NCBI RefSeq assembly: GCF_000372725.1
Contig: NW_005201277.1
Span: forward strand, 283,322-323,543
Reading direction: 5' to 3'
Source of the DNA: Emiliania huxleyi CCMP1516
Lineage: Eukaryota
Length of the DNA stretch: 40,222 nucleotides
The first letter of the stretch is position 1, and every line of letters begins with the position of its first letter. The notes beneath the pieces were generated by a model. That model worked only from the letters and a program-made list of their open reading frames with translations, ran no database searches and had not been told where the DNA came from. The position numbers and the translations under genes are program-made. Of the stretch, positions 31,687 to 40,222 are shown one piece after another.

Positions 31687-34163
31687 TCAGGGTATGGGGT
31701 TGCCGGCGTCGTGTGCGGCTGCGGCGGCGGCAGTCTGCTCGAGCAGCAGCCCGCCATCGAGGCTGGTGGCGAGGTCGGGGTTGCGCTCGCACGCCTGAGT
31801 CATCATCAGCTACACCGCTGTCAGGGCGTGAACGCGGCCTCGCGCAGTGCAGTGTCGTCCTCGGGTCGCACGAGTGCACATGCTACTCTCTCTGTGGGGG
31901 CTAGGGCGCCAAACGGCTATTGCTCTCCACTGCGACTCCCGCGAATTTGCCGAGAGAGGAGGGAGCCATCTCGAGTTCGTGCGAGTCAGGTCCGCGTTCA
32001 GCGTCTACGCCCGCACGCCTCGCGCCAGGCGTCGAGCGTGACGGCGCCTAGATGAGATTACCCGAGATTACCCGAGATTACCCGAGATTGCCAGGCGTCG
32101 AGCGTGACTGCGCCGTCAGCGCCGGTCTGCATCGAAGCGAGCAGCTCGTCGACGGTCGGCTCGACCTAACAGAAGTGCGCGTGCTGCTGCTGCAAATCAA
32201 GAGGAGTCAACAAGAAAGACTCGGCGCCGTGGCGACCTGACTGTGCATCGCGTCGATCGTCTCGTGCGCGGCCGCGACGGCAGTCTCGCCGAGCTGCCTC
32301 TGCTCTGCCGCGGTGAGGGTGTGCCTGCAGGAGAGGTCGAGAGGTCTCGGAGAGGTCTCGGAGAGGTCTCGGAGAGGTCTCGGAGAGGTCTCGGAGAGGT
32401 CTCGGTGAGGGCATGCCGGCGCAGCTGCAGCTGGACGAGCAAGGGGGAGAGCGTGCGCGCGATCGAGAGCTGCCGCCGCATCGAAGCGACGAGGTCGGAA
32501 CGCTCGAGGGCGCCCGAACGGTTCACGTCGAGCTTGGCGAACGCGAAACGCTGCCGCTGCTCCTCCGACGCGCGGAGCAGCATCCACACGTGCGCCACAA
32601 ACTCGTCACGCGACACCTCCCCAGAGCCGGTAGGTGTTACCTCACACTGGGTCTAGGCAGAGACAAGGAGGGCCCACAGCACACACGAACCCACACATAC
32701 AGAGAGGGACGAGTGCACGCATTGGGCATCAAAGAGCCACACCTCCCCAGAGCCGTCGGCGTCGAACTCGACGAACAGCGCCGCAGCGAGCAGCGGTCTC
32801 GAGTCGATCAGCGCCGCCTTGAGCAATGGGCCGCCGTCCCCCGCGCCCGCCGCGCCCCCCTTGCCCGGCGACGGCTGTACGATGGCATGCAACGCACCGC
32901 CGCCGCGGCCGGCAGGCGCTCCCGACAGCACCTGTCGAAAAGAGAGCCGTGACGCCCGCGAAAGCGGACGCAAGACAGGCGGGCGCTCGGCCGCGGCCGG
33001 AGCCGAGATGAGCCGAGATTGGGCGAGATTGGGCGAGATTGGGCGAGATTGGGCGAGATCGCGGCGGCGAGAGGACCTGTGCGCCGGAGCAGCCCAACGC
33101 ACGGCACGCCTCGATGAAGCGAGCGAGGGAGAGGCCTCCTCCATCCACAGAGTGCGCCTCGAAGGCGCGCTCGACCTCGGCTCGCCACGCCGGCTCGATC
33201 GGCACGCCCGCCTAGTGGGGAGGAGATGGGGAAGGAGATGGGAAGGAGATGGGGAAGGAGATGGGGAAGGAGATGGGGAAGGAGATGGGAAGGAGATGGG
33301 GAGAGATGGGGAAGGAGATGGGAAGGAGATGGGGAAGGATGGGGAAGGAGATGGGGAGGAGATGGGGAAGGAGATGGGGAAGGAGATGGGGAGTGGGGAG
33401 GAGATGGGAAGGAGATGGGAAGGAGATGGGGAGAGATGGGGAGATTATATGGCTCGATTGGTGCGCTCGCCAGCAGCGCCGCGCAACTCACGCCCGAACC
33501 CTCGCCTTCTGACGGTGCAGCCCCTCTCGCCTCGCCTCCTCGCCGCCGCCCCGCCGCTCCCGCCGCTGCCGCCTGCGGGCTCGTGCTGCGGAAACCGGAG
33601 GCGGTGCCGCCCTGGCGGAGGCTGCCTCTGACGAGGGCGGCCGAGTCATCGCCGTGTAGCTCGGCACAGCGGCGGCGGAAGGCGAAGACCTGCTGCTCGG
33701 CAAACGTCCCCATCACCGAGCGGAGCAGCTGGTCGTGTGAGTGGGCTCGCAGCTGCATGTCGACGCGCAGCGCGAGGCGGCAGCCGCCCGCCGACGCGGG
33801 CGAGAAGGTCCACTCGCTGCGCATCCGCGTGAAGAGCCGCGCGTCGAGCGCCTCGGCCACAACTATCGCTGGCGACGTGCCACGCGAGAGTGTCACGCGA
33901 GATGTGTACTCCTCGGAGAGGCCGAGGTAGCCAATCCCGAGCACCGCATCGAAGCGGTCCGGCCCGTGCCTGCGCACGATGCGGCTCGCCGAGCAGAGAG
34001 GCACAAACTCCGAGTAGAGCTCGACGTCGGCCACGATGTCAAACAGGATTTCGGGAGCCCACCCGACAACCTCCTCCCGCTCGAAGCAGCGTGCGGGCGG
34101 CTTGGGCAGCCAGGAGTCGGAGGCGCCAAATATCGACCTGCGGAGGTGCAGCCGCGGCAGCAT
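31687..34163 (-). CDS. COQ10-like START (polyketide cyclase) domain fused to a calcineurin-B/NCS-like EF-hand domain; exons 34163-33471, 33211-33077, 32931-32743, 32616-32417, 32324-32237, 32165-32114, 32047-32019, 31794-31687 (497 aa; alternative ATG at 34235)
   Basis: COQ10 motif LFDIVADVELYSEFVPLC..S...EEYTSRV...LFTRMRSEWTF...AFRRRC. EF-hand loops FDADGSGE|VSRDEF, LDVNRSGALERSDL and GAD|GAVTLDAW, ending WRE|ACERNPDL. The intron phases add up to a continuous frame of 1494 nt. Confidence 0.75.
33221..33445 (+). repeat. Intronic purine-rich minisatellite, ~11-12-bp unit GGGGAAGGAGAT
   Basis: Directly visible array inside the predicted intron 33470-33212. Smaller arrays occur at 33016-33059 (GAGATTGGGC), 32340-32404 (GAGAGGTCTCG) and 32055-32089 (GAGATTACCC). 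Confidence 0.95.
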
Positions 34164-34997
34164 TCGGCTACGAAGCGGTCGGTGCCTCTGCAGTGCGACG
34201 CAGCCGCCCCGAAGGAAATTTTGGCCGGAGGACATCTGGATGCTCCGTCGTTGTCTCGCACGGCATGCGGCCGACAGTTGTTCACGGCCTAGGCTTCGGT
34301 CGCCGCGTCGGTGCGGCGGTAACTAACTCCAGGAACCCTGTTCTACTGATGTACCGTTTGCACCGTTTGCACCGTTTGCACCGTTTCTGGGCACGTTCTG
34401 CTCGCCGCCATCTGATGAGCTCGGGTCAGGAGGTCACGTGGCCGATGCCACCCGTGCAGATTCTGTCCCGCCCGTTCGATCGATGCCAAAACAACTCTCT
34501 CTCGCTGCCATGAAGGTCATGCTCGCGTTTCTCAAGCGGCAAACTCATGGAGCTGGGCTCTGCCGCCGAGGCGCAGCGCGACATGGTACATGGACATGGA
34601 GCAGGGTTGCAGCCGGTCACCTCCATGAATGATCTCGCGTCGCAGCGGCTGGCGAGCGAGCACATACAACACAGGAACGAGTCGGCTCCTCGACTGCCTC
34701 CGGCGACGTCGACCGAACGCCACCTCGTGCCCGAGTCAGCGCGGCATCTCAGCGGATCTCGGCGCTGTGGCGAGATAGCTGTGTCCTCGTCGGCGCCGGG
34801 AGGGCCGTGGGGTGTTGGAGACGCGCGGGAGGGGTGGGTGGTGCTCAGGAAGGGCCCCTGGACGCGAGATATAAGAGGTACCCACTCGACGAAAAAATCT
34901 CAACACCCCGACTTGGCGCCTTCTGCTCTGTGTCGAGTGACGCTTTTTTTTCGGAGAACTGCCTGTACGAACGAGTCCGGAGACGGTCTCAAGGTGC

Positions 34998-37268
<2,271 letters not shown>

Positions 37269-37831
37269 TTTGAACACCAACAAGAAATCGCCGAGGGAAA
37301 CTTTCTTCCAAACTTAGACCTTAGTGCCAAACGACGAGAATCGGGGCGATTGATCGAGACTGGTAGCGTACTTCACAAACGCGGTGTACTAGGAGACCAA
37401 ACTAGCGTGCCGGAAAGCGGGCGGAGCAGCTAAGGCGGACTGGCTAAGGACCACACGTCTTGCTTGCGCTTCCTGTGACGCGCTCACGAGTGTGTCGAAT
37501 GGAGCTTGGGCCGCTGGATCAAGATATTCGCGTGCGCCACAACACACAACACAACGCAATTAACCCAAGCAAGTTGCATCCATCAATCACCGCAGAGAAC
37601 GCTGTTATCAATAAGCGGGCGCCGCATCGAGGACCAAGGGGCCGCACGCAGGCCAATAAGCGGGGGCAAGAGGCTCCAGGCCCTGATGGCCCGTGAGGTT
37701 TCAGCAGAGCACGTGAGCAAGAGCCTGCTCTGCGTGCGTTCCGAGTTGAGGAGAGGCCGAGGCTCAGCATCGCGGCCAGCCACAGCATTGAGGGCGGCAG
37801 AGGGCCGCAGCACGCTCGCAGGCAGCCGGCT

Positions 37832-37888
37832 GCTTCGAGCGGGCGCCCCCAGCTTCGAGCGGGCGCCCCCAGCTTCGAGCGGGCGCCC
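37832..37888 (+). repeat. 20-bp tandem repeat GCTTCGAGCGGGCGCCCCCA, ~3 copies
   Basis: Visible directly, with a partial fourth copy near 37903. Confidence 0.9.
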
Positions 37889-37997
37889 GGGACGGGTTCC
37901 CCGCTTCGAGCGGGCAGATGCGGCCGGGGATTCGCTTTCTGAAATGTCTGCCTCCAAGGAGGAAACGACTAACCTGATCTCAGAATCGCTCGTTTGT

Positions 37998-38335
37998 GGT
38001 TGCCTCCATGAACGGCGGAGCTATTCTCGCGTCCACACCACACTTGGCTCCAACGTGGACACGCCCATAGCTGGGGACACTACTAGGTCACGCATGGCAT
38101 CAGAAGTTTTGTCTCTGGGCCCCGAAAGGCATCTCTAGCAGCGTCGTTACGCATGCGCCCTCCCCTCCTGGGCGCATGCGCCTCACGTCTCGACAGAGCA
38201 TAAGCCCTTGGCGTGTGACGAGACGAGTTTTTCGCCATCGCAGCGAGCAGCAAGCCACTCGCCAGCAGCAGCCGGAGGCATCGCCGCAGGCACTGTCTGC
38301 GCCGCGGTCCCGCACCCGTCGACGAAGCTCCCCCC
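37998..38335 (+). repeat. Dispersed ~340-bp repeat, copy 2
   Basis: Matches 22324-22661 with small indels and substitutions. Confidence 0.9.
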
Positions 38336-38687
38336 GCGGAAGACTGCGCGTACACACACGTAATGTGCGGCCGCTCCAGCGCACTTGGAGCACTTGGAGT
38401 GCAGTCATCAACCTCACATCCAGGGCCGGGGAGCTGAGCCTGAGGAGCGCACCCAGCGGGCCGGATGATTGATCGGTATCGGGTTGCGGGCAAGAGAGCC
38501 CTAGCCCCGGGGGTGCGCGTTCGCAGGGAAAGGGCCGTAAAGTAAACACGGGTCTCCGAGGGTTAGTTCCGTGTACCGGGGTTCCCCTTAACTGCGCGCG
38601 CGCGCAATTTCTTGCGAGCGTGACTCCAATTCGGGGAGCCGCTGTTGAGCGAGCCGCGGTTGAGCAGGGCCGCTGTTGAGCACATCG

Positions 38688-40148
38688 ATGCAGCCTCTGT
38701 GGAGGCCACCAACGCCCGAGGAGTGTTACGAGATGGCGAAGAGCGCCGCTACCGCCACCACCGCGGAGGAGTACTTGTCTTGCTGGCGCGGCCCACTCGG
38801 CGGCTACACGAAGGCCGCGGGCGCCTTCCGGTGGCTGCTCCTCGTCTGCATCCCCGCCTTCGGCCACTGCGCGTCCGCCGTGCCTAGCCCGACGGCGGTG
38901 GCCTCGGCCTTCTCGTCTGCTGTCGCCTCAGCAGCCTCCGTCGCCTCGGCAGCGTCCTCTACCTTCTCCGCCGTCGCCTCGAAGGCGTCCTCGCTCGTGA
39001 GCTGCTCGCCGCTTCTCATGCCCGCCCTCGTGCTCATCCTCCTCGCCATCGCCTGCGGTGCCTCCTGGCCGACCGCGGCGAGCGGAAAGGGGGCTCGGCG
39101 CGGCGTGGCGTGGGCCGTCTGCGTCGCCGCCGCCGCGGCGTGCCTCCCCGGCGCAGCAGCGGCTTCCGCGTCGAGCATGACGGCTGCTGGCATGGACAGC
39201 ACCGTTGATGCCTTCTCGTCATCGATGCAGCACCCGCGGGAGGCGCTGTGGGCTGCAATACTCGTTATCGCTTTGCAGGTGGCGACGCTGTTGATGCAAC
39301 TTGGCAGCGCCACCGAACGTTCGCTCGAGTACTCGACCTACGACACAGGGACGTATATGGACCTCGTCGCTGCCTGTCTCAAGGCGGGCGCGATGCTTTC
39401 ACAAAGTCCAAGCCTCATCCACACATTCCATGGCGACCCACTTGCTGCGTATCCTACTCCGTCCGGCACGGTGTTTGCCACATCGAACCTGACAGCTGCT
39501 GGCGATCACTGCTATCACCTGAACGCAAGTTTAGTTGTCGAGGACTGCAGCGGTAAGTGGGATCAGTATGCGCAGTGTGAGCAGCACCTCACCGAGCAGT
39601 GGAATCAGCTACCGGAATGCAGTTATTGGAAGGGCGAGCAGTGTGACTTACACACTGCAAACAGGCTCAGGAACGATGCTTGCATGGCGCGACGTCTGCA
39701 GTGCCGCAGCGATGAAGCGTTTGACCAGTTAAAAATGGACTGTGCAAGCCTCGGATTGGCGTCTGCAATGGGCGCTTGCTCCTCGCCGCTCGTTGTTGAT
39801 ACGGCGCAATGTGACCTGCCGCACTACCGTGCTCTCGACGTGAGCGAGTCGGCTCAGGTGCATCGACTCAACATGTTGGCCTCGAACAATATCCACTGTT
39901 TCGATCCAGTCCGCCTATTCCAAGAGCAAGTTCTTAAATTGCCCATCAGCGCAATTGGCTCATTCATCTTCGTCAACTTCCTGCGTGCCGTAGTAGCGCT
40001 GTTCGCCGTTTGTGGGGGCTCGACGGGGCTCGGCGGTGAGACCCCTCGCACCAGCACTCTTGAACCCCTCGCGCACCCAGATACCATCTCCCGACCTAGA
40101 TCCGCTCCCGACCCTCGCAAACAGGGTGGTTCCTCGAGTCGTTGCTGA
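38688..40148 (+). CDS. Hypothetical membrane protein with several hydrophobic segments and a Cys-rich region
   Basis: Open frame of about 486 codons from ATG 38688. No family recognised, and it may be spliced or chimeric. Confidence 0.45.
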   Translation: MQPLWRPPTPEECYEMAKSAATATTAEEYLSCWRGPLGGYTKAAGAFRWLLLVCIPAFGHCASAVPSPTAVASAFSSAVASAASVASAASSTFSAVASKASSLVSCSPLLMPALVLILLAIACGASWPTAASGKGARRGVAWAVCVAAAAACLPGAAAASASSMTAAGMDSTVDAFSSSMQHPREALWAAILVIALQVATLLMQLGSATERSLEYSTYDTGTYMDLVAACLKAGAMLSQSPSLIHTFHGDPLAAYPTPSGTVFATSNLTAAGDHCYHLNASLVVEDCSGKWDQYAQCEQHLTEQWNQLPECSYWKGEQCDLHTANRLRNDACMARRLQCRSDEAFDQLKMDCASLGLASAMGACSSPLVVDTAQCDLPHYRALDVSESAQVHRLNMLASNNIHCFDPVRLFQEQVLKLPISAIGSFIFVNFLRAVVALFAVCGGSTGLGGETPRTSTLEPLAHPDTISRPRSAPDPRKQGGSSSRC

Positions 40149-40222
40149 TGGGCGTATCAATGGGGATTGGCTCGTCGCTCGGCGAATTTGAGGTGCTGGA
40201 CGGCTGCCTCGTGCTTCCGTCA

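Overview
A GC-rich eukaryotic nuclear genome window with two N gaps. Frequent GC-AG introns and introns filled with 10-12 bp tandem repeats point to a haptophyte such as Emiliania/Gephyrocapsa huxleyi (inference from sequence style only). Spliced genes: CNOT9/Rcd1, an FtsH-like HEAGH metalloprotease, an R2R3-MYB factor, MED22, the 3' part of a GRIP-domain golgin, and an apparent COQ10(START)-EF-hand fusion. Intronless repeat-protein genes: a frameshifted F-box-Kelch, an F-box-RCC1, an ankyrin protein and a 1435-aa ankyrin-RING-Smr protein. The window also has a membrane-anchored multicopper oxidase, several gene fragments (PHGDH, SLC10 symporter, an orphan exon), two TIR-bounded MITE-like elements and a dispersed ~340-bp repeat. 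The most striking pattern is that many introns are bounded by direct duplications of the adjoining exon sequence (6-38 bp). These copies straddle the splice sites, differ mostly at third codon positions, and often enclose a GAGAT/ATCTC-core minisatellite or an AT-rich filler, suggesting a duplication-driven route to new introns. All gene models and alignments were made by eye; no searches were run.
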